The notes under the pieces are model-generated. The model had not been told where the DNA came from and ran no database searches. It saw only the letters and a program-made list of their open reading frames with translations. 64,000 nucleotides of DNA from Ginglymostoma cirratum (lineage: Eukaryota): positions 8,571,288 to 8,635,287 of the forward strand of contig JAHRHZ010000002.1 of assembly GCA_024137785.1 (NCBI GenBank), read 5' to 3'. Each line of letters begins with the position of its first letter. Positions within the stretch are counted from its first letter, which is position 1. A program made the translations under genes and the position numbers. This document shows, one piece after another, positions 1 to 11,886 of this stretch.

Positions 1-149
1 GGAAAGTCATCAATGCAGACAGTGGAAACGATAGAGAATAAGTGGCACTTAATACCACCAGCAAAAACTGGTTGTGCCAAATGATCTGTTTCTATGTGTG
101 TGTTCTATAATACTCATTAATCGAGTCTTGAGATATCATTCTCTCTCTG

Positions 150-480
150 TCTTGTTTCTAAATTCATTCGTGGAGTACAGGTTGCTGACTGGGACCCTTT
201 TATTGCCATTCCTAGAAGACCTTCAGGAAGTGGTGGTGACCTGCCTTCTTGAACCGCAGCACTCCATTTGGTGTCGGGGAGTTCCAGAATTTGAAGCCAA
301 TGACACTGATGGAATGTTGATGCCTTTAATGTTAGTGGCATTGAGGTACGTGCAAATGGTGGTGCTTCCATATGTCAGCTGCCTTTGTCATTCGAGAAGA
401 TAGTTGTTGTGGGTTTGGCAAGTGTTGGCTAAGGAGCCTCAGTCAAAGTCTGCATTTCTTGTGGATTGAGCGAGTGTTGC
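150..480 (-). mobile_element. Degraded 3' end of a CR1-clade LINE (same family as 43650-44365)
   Basis: TTTATTGCCATTCCTAGAAGACCTTCAGGAAGTGGTGGTGACCTGCCTTCTTGAAC... nearly matches 43699-43940, where the minus strand encodes an RT C-terminal peptide. Confidence 0.55.
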
Positions 481-3119
481 ACTGTTTAAGAGAAATATGC
501 ATAAAGTGAAAATAGAATGCAGATTATGCATAAGAAAGAACATAATAGTCTCAGAACAGCGAATAATGTTTAATGTACAAAGGTAGTGTCAGCAGCATCC
601 CAGACGTCTACTCTGTTACTCGTGTTCCTCCATGGAGGCAGACTGTGAAACGAAGTCAGCCTTTCTGCCCCTGTAATTCATGACACAGTAAAATTAAGAC
701 GTTGAAAGCCCCTCAAAATTGAACACAATAACTCCTAATCACACTTTATCACTAAACAATCATAGACTTTGTAACTAATCAGTTCTCGACAACAGTTTGT
801 GGCTTGATCATAAGACATAGCTTTTCTTCACAATACAATAACTTTAGTGGAGCAAAATTAAACATAAGTTTTTTTTCTACGTTTTAAACACAAAGCCTTT
901 GTTTTTATCCCCATTCGCACAAGAAGCAGACACACAAGCATACACAGTTAAGGGATAAATAAAATAACAAAACTGTTAAGATTACTGAAATGGTTTTCCA
1001 GATGTGTTGCTCCACACGGATAAAAGCTGATTTCTTGTTTGTTTTTCAGGATAATGCTTTCAGTACTTCCATGTAAAAGTAGTGAAACATGTTATTTAGT
1101 TTTTCATTCACTGAGCGTCCAAGTGTTGAGAAGGGAGGTTAGGGAGGGCGATTTCACTTTTTTCTAAACGTTGTAACATCAGCAGCCAGATTTATTTTTC
1201 AAAGAAACGCAGTCCAAAAATCCAATTCAAACTCTGACCACACCCTACCAGACTGATCATCTGCCGCATGGGGTCCAACTTACCACTTAATATCTTCCAA
1301 CTGCTCGAACATAGGGTCTCTTCCAGACTTGCTGGAAACAATTTGTGGGGACTGACCTCAAAAATGACCAATTTCTGTTATCTGTTTAAATACAATGTTC
1401 TTCCCCAGTGGTGAAGCCTCTTCTGAACTTTTTGATGTAGAACCAAACTGCAATTAACTTCCAGGCGTGGACTCACGAATAAACATGGGCTTGTTTGGTC
1501 TGTTTCCCTAATAAGTGATCGTTAGCGCACAATTCCAAAATCACAGTCGTGAACCAACATTGATTTAAAAAATGATAATGAAAACAATGAAAAAACACCA
1601 AGAGTATGACAGAGATGTGACTGGTAGTGAGCTTTACGTGAGGCTCACTGCAGATCAGGCGTGAGGTGTGATTGAGCAGGTCGGAATGTATAACATGGCC
1701 ACTTCCAAAATAGCAATAAAACAATTATTTTGAATGTAAATGTGAGTTAAATGGGTATATTTAAAGTGCCATTATGGAGATGTGGCTGCAGTCTGAACAT
1801 ATTTCGCTACTGAAGGCATTTAGGAGGAAAAGGAAAACGATCGGGGTAGAACAGACATCAATGTAAACCTATTATTTATTTTCTAAATTGCTGTATGACT
1901 CTCTCTCAATTCATAGCAGGTTTTTATTATTTTCTTCCAACTTCTAATCATGCTTAGAATTGCGTTACACAAATGTCAGTCAAGTTTCATGTACGTTTAC
2001 AAACTATTTCGAACAAATGAGCAAATACAGCACAGTGGTAAGCCTGTTGACAACTAACACTGGACAGCATGATGACCATACTCAACCTGCCAGGAATCAC
2101 TTCCAAGTGATCGAACGCATCCACAGAATTTGCTTATCCACGTTCAAATGAGATGTCGAACAATCCACTTTACATTCTTCATTGAAAAGTGAAAAGTCCT
2201 TATTTCCTTCTGCTGAAAATATCACAGGACTGTAAATCCAATGCCAGTAGTGGGTTCAATTTAACTGATATGATACAGCTTTCTGAACAGTAAAATCCCT
2301 TGAAAAGGAGTTGATAGGCAATGCTGAATGAGGTACGAGAGGTTCTTTTTGATGGTGTAGTCAGTTTATAACTACTTACAGACAGCCTCATGTCTATCAA
2401 AGCACAATATATTTCTTTACCATTTCAAAAAGGATGCTTTTGTTTTTATTGGTATCTTGACATCTACCATTCTGTTTATCTCTAATTTATTTGCTTTCCG
2501 TCTACAAACTTTAATTTCGAAGTGCCAGCATTGGTGTTTTTTCACTTGCCGATTTGCTGCCTCTGAAAATACCTCAACGTGACTGGATGCCCACTCCGTT
2601 TGACAACAGCATTCCCATCGTGGTGAGAAGATCTTCAAACTTCAAGTTGGTGAACTACGGAACCTTTTGAGCTGCTTTCTTCAATGACACCTCTTTGCTG
2701 GGCCAGTATCATGACACGTTATTCGTTTAAATATAGGGTGGCAAGATAAGTTTGTGGAACTACTTAATCCTGCCAGTTTGACAGGACTGAAGCTCAGCTT
2801 GTTCTCTCCTTTTCATATGTGAAATGGTGAAGCCCTCCTCCACATCTGCCTTTCACTGAAAACTGTTGAGATCGGATTTTTGTACGTTCCTGAGGGAGGG
2901 ATAACGTTTGTACATGTGTTTTTTTTTCAAAACTATCCTTAGTGGTCTGGACATTGAGTGTTTACATGGGTTTTTAGAACCAAAGGAAATAATGTCTTCT
3001 TAACTCATGATCATTTGCACAGCAAATAATAGTTAATTAAATGCAAACTAACAGCGAAACGCTCAAAGAGACAATTCCTAATTTGAACTGAATCCTTCTG
3101 GCAAAGCTGTCTGTCTTCT

Positions 3120-3420
3120 TTTCCTTTGTTCATTCATAAAATGAGGGCATCATTATCTATGCAGCGTTCATTGCTCAGCACTAATTTCCAGGAGGGTAGT
3201 TAAGTGCCACCAACGGTGCTGTGAGTCTAGAGAAACACATAGGCCACACCAGATAAGGATGGTAGCTTCCTTCCACAAAGGACATTAGTGAATCAGATGG
3301 GTTTTTCCACAACAATCAACCATGGAATCTACTATGGTGGGATTCGAGCCCACGTTCCCAGAACATTGCTTGGGATCGCTGGATTAATCACCCAATGATA
3401 ATACCAACAGGCCATCGCCT
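3120..3420 (-). mobile_element. tRNA-derived SINE remnant (related pieces at ~9840-10070 and ~25570-25690)
   Basis: Minus-strand B-box-like GGGCTCGAATCCC (~3339-3351); the core AAAGGACATTAGTGAATCAGATGGGTTTTTCC recurs at ~9915-9947. Confidence 0.5.
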
Positions 3421-3602
3421 CGCTACTCAAAACGTGTGAGAGAAGTTGAACGTGCATCCTCTCGCTGGTAGAAGTTTTATTCGTAGTCAGTTGTCATTTA
3501 ACTTCTACGCGTCTGAAGCATAGCTCCTAATCAATGTTCCATTTCTTGTTGTTTATTTTCATTTGTGACTCGTCAGTGATAACTGTACATTGGGACGAGC
3601 TG

Positions 3603-5012
3603 ATGGGAAAGGCAACAGAAACGAATGAAACGCCCAGTAACCGAACAGCCTCGCTTGAAACTCAAAGAGGGAGTTCTTATCGAACGGCCGAAATAATCTT
3701 CATTTCGCTTGTGACAGGATCTTTGAGTTTGATAACCCTCGTTGGGAACGTTCTGGTCATTATTTCCATCAAAATAAACAGGCAATTGCAAACTGTTAAC
3801 AACTACTTCATTTTCAGCCAAGCCTGCGCTGATGTTACAGTTGGTGTACCTATGAATCTATTCACCATTCACGCTCTCCTTGGCTACTGGCTTCTGGGTT
3901 CAGTGGTATGTGATTTATGGCTTGCTGTCGATTACAGTGTCAGTAATGCCTCTTTCATGAATCTCCTGATCAGCAGCTTTGACCGCTACTTCTGTGTGAC
4001 CAAACCCCTTACCTGTCCCATGAGAAGGACAACAAAAGTTGCGAGGATGATGATTGCAGCTGTTTGGGTTATCTCATTCATTCTCTGGGTTCCTGCCATT
4101 CTCTTCTGGCAGTTCATCATAGGGGAGCGGACAGTCACTGAGGGAGAGTGTTATTTACAGTTCTTCTCCAATCCTGCTGTCACTTTCGGGACTTCAATAG
4201 CTGCCTTCTATCTTCCCGTCACTGTTATGGTGATATTGTACGTGCAGATATTACGCGCAAGCAGAAGTCGAACAATAAAGGATAAAAAAAGAGCCTGAAT
4301 ACAGGTAGGAACCAATTACTTTAAGTGTACAGGTGGGCAAGATACTGAAATCGAATCAGAACCACATATCAAATGCTTCTGATAAGTTTCCACAAGTGAA
4401 TATGCAAAATGGCATTATAACTCATGAAATAATCATTGGTCATTGTGATGAAGAGGAGAAGGAGTTCTTGAGTGAGTCAACTTCTTCCATCACGGTCCCA
4501 TCAAACAAAACGGTGGAAGGCTGTTTCCATGAGAAAGGCAACGTCTTCACTATGATAGAAAATTGCAAACTCTCTTATATACAGATGGTTAATAAATCCC
4601 AAAACAATAATGACCGTGGAACAAAGCGAGGAATCATTGTAGATTTTAGAAACAATAACGGGAAGGGCAGAAAGATCAGAGAAAGATCAGAGAATATCAT
4701 AAAACGAGTAACACAATTCATACCACCTCTGAGAAGAGAAAGGTCTCTGTAACCCGAGAACAGAAAGTAACTAGGACTATTCTGGCCATTATCCTGGCAT
4801 TTGTCATAACTTGGAGCCCATGCAGTGTCATGATGCTTATTAGGACGTTCTGTTCCATTTATATTCCAAGCACAGTCTGGAATATCGGATACTGGATATT
4901 TTACATCAACAGCACCATCAACACAGCCTGTTATGCACTCTGTAATGCTACTTCCAAGAAAACTTTCGAACATCTCTTGTGCCAGTACAAGAACATTGGC
5001 GCAACGAGGTAA
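3603..5012 (+). pseudogene. Muscarinic acetylcholine receptor M2-like pseudogene (single coding exon, two frameshifts)
   Basis: ATG 3603; TM1-TM5 M2-like ([50 protein letters not shown]). +1 frameshift in the A-run at 4284-4290 gives a stop at 4296-4298. ICL3 continues in the 4333 frame; a second shift at ~4700-4725 restores TM6-TM7 ([31 protein letters not shown]) and the M2-type tail [10 protein letters not shown]. Further lesions: L2.46Q, a one-codon deletion in TM2, P7.50T, Y6.51C. Confidence 0.93.
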
Positions 5013-5069
5013 AGAAAGAAAAGCCCCTATCTATCATGCCTCAAATAACTCGAACAATGTATACCAACC

Positions 5070-5615
5070 AACACATTTGACATAATTCTGCATTTGTCTA
5101 TCCTGCTTTAGAAGTATGTTGTGAAACTTGAAAGGATTCAGAAAAGATTTAAAAGAATGTTGCCAGGGCTGGGAAGGTGAACTATAGGGAGATGCTGAAT
5201 AGACTGGGACTGTTTTCCCTAGAATGTCAGAGGCCCAGTGTGACCTTATGGAAGTTTTCAAAATTACAAGGGGTACAGATAATCTGAATAGTCAAGGTCT
5301 TTTCCTCAAGGTCGGGGAGTTCAAGATTAGAAGGCATAGGTGTAAGGTGAGAGGGGAAATATGTAAAAGGGACTTAAAGGGCAACATTTTCATGGAGAGG
5401 CTTTTGCATATATGGAATGATCTGCCAGAGGAAGTGGTGTAGGTTGGCACAATAACAACACTTAAAAGGCACCTGGTTGGATATATTAAATAGGAAGGGT
5501 TTGGAGGAATATGGGCTAAATGCTAACAAATGGGTTTGGACTGACTGAGAATAACTGGTCGACACGGAAAATTTGGACTGAAGGGTCTGTTTCCATGCTG
5601 GATATTTCTATGACA
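5070..5615 (+). mobile_element. CR1 LINE 3' fragment
   Basis: ORF 5224-5442 (DLMEVFKI...RHRCKVRGE...IWNDLPEEVV) is a CR1 ORF2 C-terminus; followed by the CR1 3' UTR GGACTGAAGGGTCTGTTTCCATGCTG. Confidence 0.85.
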
Positions 5616-5702
5616 CAAAATGTCACGAGCACTCTATATAAAGTAATGATGGTCACTTTCAAATATATATCTAAAACTATCTTTATGTGATATGTTTATT
5701 AT

Positions 5703-6290
5703 AGAACATAGAACAAAGAACATAGAACATTACAGCGCAGTACAGGCTCTTCGGCCCTCGATGTTGCGCTGACCTGTGAAACCAATCTGAAGCCCATCTA
5801 ACCTACACTATTCCCTTATCATCCATATGTTTATCCAATGACCATTTAAATGCCCTTAAAGTTAGCGAGTCCACTACTGTTGCAGGCAGGACATTCCACA
5901 CCTTTACTACTCTCTGAGTTAAGAACCTACCTCTGATATCTGTCCTATATCTATCGCCCCTCAATTTAAAGCTATGTCCCCTCGTGCTAGCCGTCACCAT
6001 CCGAGTAAAAAGGCTCTCACTGTCCACCCTATCTAATCCTCTGATCATCTTGTATGTCTCTATTACGTCACCTCTTAACCTTCTTCTCTCTAACGAAAAC
6101 AGCCTCAAGTCCCTCAGCCTTTCCTCATAAGACCTTCCCTCCATACCAGGCAACATCCTGGTAAATCTCCTCTGTACCATCTCCAATGCTTCCACATCCT
6201 TCCTGTAATGCGGCGACCAGAACTGCATGCAATACACCAAGTGCGGCCACACCAGAGTTTTGTACAGCTGCAACATGACCTCACGGCTCC
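5703..6290 (-). mobile_element. CR1 LINE 3' fragment, well preserved
   Basis: ORF 5803-6276 (LYKTLVWPHLVYCMQFWSPHYRKD...RRLRGDVIETYK); 3' tail (TTCTATG)n-like, seen as ATAGAACATAGAAC on +. Confidence 0.92.
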
Positions 6291-8669
6291 TATTAGACTC
6301 AGTTAGACATTGTCACTTGTCATTTTGGAAACACACTTTAGTTTCATTCAATTGAAGCGTAATGATATTATATATACATAGTTTGCTGATGACTTACGAC
6401 TTAACTAGGAGGTGAACTTTCCCAATATCTAATTTGTGCAAATATATCAATTAAACATATGTTGTGAGGTTTGTTCACTATTTCCAACATTATCTAATAA
6501 AAATAGTTAACAAGTAGCTGAATCCTCATATAAAGTGAACAGGATAGGGTGGGCAGCAATTGGCCCAGTTGGGCAAATAATGTGCTTGTGTGGGATTGTA
6601 GCCAAATATAATCAATTTGAACCTTTCCGTACTTTTGGATGAGGTGAACTAGAGGTCGGTCTTCATGCTGTCCTTATGATTAAATATCATGAACATGCCT
6701 CACTGCTGAATGAATAACAGACAAGGGCCTGTGCTTAGGAGAGCACCAAGCGCAAAATAATTTGACATACTTCTCTAAATAATGCAATGCCTGTCATGCT
6801 TCCAGCGGACCTAGCTTTTTTATCAGGTTCACTTTAGTTGGTCAGATACTAAATTATTCATTGTTGTGAAAATAAAAGTTTCCAGAAATGGAACACTTAT
6901 GTTTTTTTTTTCAAGGCACACATATTTCATTTGAAGACTGAAGAACTCAGTCATGTAACTCAGGCTGATACGAAGGCAACAAGTTCATGTATCTCGTACT
7001 TCTATGATCTGTGTCAGAAATGACCATGAATTAGAAAGGATAAAGCCATGACTTCAGTGTTGACGGATCACATTTGCTTGGTTGGAGGGCTTGCCTTCCC
7101 CAACCTCCACCCCCCACTGATTTTCTTTCCAGTTGGGTTCAGTGTCATCCCTAAGGTGTGCAGCAGGAGAACTAGGTCAAAGATTGATCTTTCTGACTTT
7201 GACAGTTATCTTCTCCATTCCTGCGGTTTCTGCAAACTGGAAAGATCAAGGCAAATCAGTGCAGAATGAATTCTGTGCAATGCATTGTATACCCTTCAAT
7301 TTGAAAACACGTTTCTCGGACACAGTTGGTGCAGCATTCCTCGTGCAATTTCATGTTCGTCGGGTAAGGCCAGAACCTTTAGGAGCGAACAATAGTCAAA
7401 TCCCAAATCGGTGACATGAAGTCATGAACCATAAAATGACCCTGATGTTCTAGCATCTGAAAAGGGTAAGATTCCTCCTCTATCAGATGCTGAATTGCCA
7501 AATGAACGTGTTAACTTTTCAACTGATTCGCAATTTCCAAGCATTGGTGTGCACATTTCAATTAGCCTGATATGTTCTGCTCTGACTTCATCCTGTCCTT
7601 CACCAGAGGAAGTGCACATCATTATCAAAGTCATCAATGTGTCAAATCATGTCGCAGACTCGGTATTTTGTTCCTCATTGGCCCCGGGGAGAAAAAATCA
7701 ACAATTTGCATCTGCGTTATGCATTCAATGTGGTCCTAAATGACTAAGCAGGAACAATTACGAACAGATTGCTCAGCAAAACTGGGCAATGGGGAAAATG
7801 ACATTGGTGCCATGTAAGGAGAGGAGAGTTGTGACAGGGAGCATGTAGTTTGATGCAATTTATTCTGAACTCCTCTAAGGCAAAGGGAGGTGGGTAAATT
7901 GTACAAGAAAGGACCATCTGGGTCGTAATCACAAGAAGTAGTCTTGTTATCTTCCAGAAGCCAAAAACATAGGCTGGAAAAGATGGAAAGACCAACAATA
8001 TCAAGGCATTCATATCTGTCTATACAAAGAGAGATCATGTCAGTTTGCCAAATCGCTCTGCAGCCCCATTAGAACATACCATAACTAACTCTTCACACGC
8101 ATGGAACAGACATGTCAGAAAAAAAAAATGGAGGCGGGTCTAGGAGAAATTTTCAGGGTAAACATTTAGTGTCCGATGTGGTAAAAAAAAAATATTGAAG
8201 TTGTAATAACAGTCTTAATTAGAATTCCAATTTATGGGATCAAAGATGAGTTTATACCATTTCACATTACTGGGGTTCATTCTTTCCATCCCTGCTTTGT
8301 TTTTTTCCGCTCTCTCTTGTTCTCACTAGGTGTATGAAACATCGTCTTCTGCTTTTTCCACTAATCCAGGGCAAATAACACAAATATACCCATCTGTCTT
8401 GCTTATCCCAGATATGTCCCTTGCATTCTGTGTCCCTTGGTTTACTCCCTTTTCTCCCATCTCTTCATTTATCTCCAACAGTCACTCTCGTTCCTCTTAT
8501 ATAAACCAAAGCCTGGTCTTTCATCTCCTTCTGTCCCACCGCCCAGGGTACCAAATACGTCATTGCAGTTGAAGCACTGATTGTCTTTTATTTCTCCCAC
8601 GTGAGCAATTATATTCCCTGATCACAATGTTGTCTCCACTCCATTAGAGAGATCAAATATGGATTGCAA

Positions 8670-9251
8670 GATAACAAGGTGTGGGGCTGGATGAACACAG
8701 CAGGCCAAGCAGCATCATAAGAGCAGGAAAGCTTGACGTTTCGGGCCTAGACCCATCATCAGAAAAAANNNNNNNNNNNNNNNNNNNNNNNNNNNNNNNN
8801 NNNNNNNNNNNNNNNNNNNNNNNNNNNNNNNNNNNNNNNNNNNNNNNNNNNNNNNNNNNNNNNNNNNNNNNNNNNNNNNNNNNNNNNNNNNNNNNNNNNN
8901 NNNNNNNNNNNNNNNNNNNNNNNNNNNNNNNNNNNNNNNNNNNNNNNNNNNNNNNNNNNNNNNNNNNNNNNNNNNNNNNNNNNNNNNNNNNNNNNNNNNN
9001 NNNNNNNNNNNNNNNNNNNNNNNNNNNNNNNNNNNNNNNNNNNNNNNNNNNNNNNNNNNNNNNNNNNNNNNNNNNNNNNNNNNNNNNNNNNNNNNNNNNN
9101 NNNNNNNNNNNNNNNNNNNNNNNNNNNNNNNNNNNNNNNNNNNNNNNNNNNNNNNNNNNNNNNNNNNNTATGATGCTGCTTGGCCTGCTGTGTTCATCCA
9201 GCCCCACACCTTGTTATCTAGGATTCTCCAGCATCTGCAGTACTTTTTATC
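8670..9251. mobile_element. Penelope-derived foldback element with hammerhead-like core and 17-bp target-site duplication
   Basis: Arms 8670-8768 and 9169-9217 are inverted copies; TCAAATATGGATTGCAA lies at both 8653-8669 and 9252-9268; minus-strand CTGATGA-TGGGTCTAGGCCC-GAAACGTC at 8735-8762. Confidence 0.8.
8769..9168. other. Assembly gap (400 N)
   Basis: Run of N at the centre of an inverted-repeat element. Confidence 1.
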
Positions 9252-11659
9252 TCAAATATGGATTGCAATATCATTTTGGTGAACAAGTCCATTCAGTCCT
9301 CAATCTTGATCCTCAGTCCAGTTGCTTTGCCATGTTGTTCCTAACTCTAAGCTCTCTGCTTTCAATCTCCTACATTATTGCATTTTTAAGCTCAAAGGAG
9401 CATACCATTCCTTCTGTTGTTGTTGATGATAATTAAAACTAGCATGACTCGGTTTACAAACTTTGGGCCATAAGTACTGCATCCATTCTCTTGGCAGACT
9501 ATTCAGGTATTGAAGGATGGTTATATACAGCTGCTCAGAGTGAAGAGATGTGCGTTGGTTTTTGGGGAGGGGATTGTCTCATGAGGTACTTGTCTGTGAG
9601 ATTGTCTACAATCCCGGAGTCCACTTTTTTGATGAATCTGGGAATAGCTGGGTGTAATTTCTGAGGTGCTATCCAGTGGGTGGTGTCAATTGTAAATAGA
9701 TAGACCCCAGTATTAATCATTGGGTCATCCCAATAATCGTCACGAACTTAATTGAAGTTAGCACAGTTGATTGGATGGCTGGTTTGCAATAAAGAGCAAT
9801 GCTGACAGTATAATTCCTGCAGGTTGCAATGAGGGCAATGAAGAGTCAAACACATTTCTGTGGATTTGAATTCATGTGTAGGTCAAACCAGAAAATGACA
9901 GCAGTTTATTTGCTAAAGGACATACATGAACCAGATGGGTTTTTCCCACAATTGGCAATGGTTTCATGGTCACCATTAGATTATTTATTTTAGATATTTT
10001 TGTATGTTTAATTCAAAATCACCTTCAGTTATGGGAGCATTCAGACATTAGTCCCCAGAACATTACGTGAATATACAGATTTCTTTTTTTTCCCTATTGC
10101 ATTGGTATTAATATCTTGAAATGGCTCATGTAACATAGCCCTTGTCTCTGCATTATTTCTGGAAGTATTTTCGTGCTTTCTTCATTAAGACAGACGCAAA
10201 CTGCTGGATTGGTTTCTTGGGCATGTCCTTACACTCCATTATAAGTTCTCCTGGCTCTGTCTGCAGTTGAAACACATTTGCTTTTGCTGATTTTGTTTTT
10301 TTTTACTTAAAGCAGATTTTAGAGTCCATTTTTATGTTTGTTGCGAACCTTTCCGTTTTGAACCTTTTAGTCTGTCATCATTTGAGATTGCTAATGTCCC
10401 AATACTCCTCGGGCAGAAGTTTGTTTTTGTTAATTAAATACTTTTTTCTGATCTGAAGCAATCCGTTATTTATATCTTTAGCCATAATTGGAACACATTC
10501 CTTTTAGGGATTTTACGCATTATGGAATTGCAATTTTTTTTATTGTTAGTTGTGTATTAGCTACTTATATGCTAACCTTTGTCAATCTGCAATCTGCAAT
10601 TGCATTTTTCTTATCCAGCATTGCCAAACTTGCCCTCTGATCATTGTAGCTTACTTTGTTTAAATTTAGGATTCTGGCTTCTGATTTTAAACTTAATGTA
10701 ACATTTTGTCACATTATGATCATTCTTTCCTAAGTTTTTTTGCAGTAAAGTTATCAGCTGACCATTTTTTAATTTTATAAGCGCAATCTAAAGTCTCCCT
10801 TGATCGTTCCCCAAGGTATAACCCTAGAAAAGTATTTCACTTGCATTTTAGAATTTGCCCCCCACAAACAGCATTACTATTAATTATGTTGACCTGATTT
10901 ATATATCAATTGAAATATTCCATGATTATTGTATCAACCTGTTACAAGCTCCTCTAATTTACAAAATGCAATTTACTTTATCACAATTGTATGTTTTTCT
11001 TTAATTAACTGAGCTAACCCACAAACATTTTCCAGCTTCCTGTCAATCCTGGCTGTCACTGATACAGATATTCAAGTCCAACCTTGCAGTTTCTTTTAGC
11101 CACACCTGTGTAATATCTACCATATCATGCTTGTGAATTGTTATTTGCAATGACAATTCGTGTCATTATTGACACGGATTCCTTAATTCAGTTTTGTTTT
11201 ACTGTCTCTATAAACTCTCACCCTATCTGTTGACATATGCTTCAGTTTTCAATCATTGCATTCCTTACTATATTCTGATCATTGTTTTACAGTTACCTTA
11301 ATCTATTGCATTTTCCTTCACTTTAACTTGCAGAAATGTACCCGTGTGATCTCTTATTCCCCGTATGCAGTTTAAAGGTTTTGTGTCTCCAAGTTCGACA
11401 ACTTACTCAGAAGACTGATTCCAGCAATATTTAGTAAAACCCATCTCAACACTACAGTTCTTTTTTCTCCAATATTATTTCTAACGCATCACAAACTAGA
11501 AATCAGTACTCGTACACCAGCCCATGAACCATATATTAACAGGTCTAAACTTATTCTCAAAAGCTAATTTGTGTGTAGTTCAGATAATGCACCAAAGATT
11601 GCCTCATTCAGACTTCCTTTTTAGATCAGTGGTAGGTTCTCATAGTTCTTATGAAAAGC

Positions 11660-11760
11660 CTCTGAGGAAGGGTCACCAGATCTGAAACATTAAGTGCAAT
11701 TTTTTATTGACAGATGCTGCCAGATCTGCTGAGCATTTCCAGCAACTTCTGTTTTTGTTA
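11660..11760 (+). mobile_element. Penelope-type terminal fragment (second family)
   Basis: CTGAGGAAGGGTCACCAGATCTGAAACATT...CAGATGCTGCCAGATCTGCTGAGCATTTCCAGCAACTTCTGTTTTTGTT: a degenerate CTGANGA...GAAAC core followed by a typical tail. Confidence 0.5.
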
Positions 11761-11886
11761 TGTTAATTTTAATTCCGTGATGAAAGCAATAACATTTTAA
11801 CTTCTGGTCATACACTTTAAAAAAACTTATCTCGGGAATATTGAAGCAATAATTTCCAAGCTCCATTTTCCTTCTCTCTCTTGCAG

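Noticed and set aside
1970-2870. Possible RTE-type LINE relics (also ~7440-8100, ~25020-25500, ~48500-50300) and LTR-like stretches (~630-1440, ~15400-15750)
   Set aside because: Too decayed to assign family or boundaries by eye; needs RepeatMasker or Dfam
4284-4298. Pseudogene frameshift as a homopolymer sequencing error or programmed frameshift
   Set aside because: The gene also has a second frameshift, a TM2 codon deletion, L2.46Q, P7.50T and a lost splice acceptor, so real decay is more parsimonious; raw reads would settle it
4575-4973. Antisense ORFs over the M2-like genes (also 58768-59163, 58003-58305, 58398-58718)
   Set aside because: Their mutual similarity is a shadow of the conserved sense-strand codons; no independent coding signal
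7270-7370. Candidate exon 1 for the 11887 GPR139-like exon (donor-like CGG|GTAAGG)
   Set aside because: Translation lacks the Y-x-P-x-x-x-x-x-G-V-P TM1 pattern seen in the other copy
8653-9436. Long ORFs spanning 8653-9436
   Set aside because: Artefacts of translating through the 400-N gap
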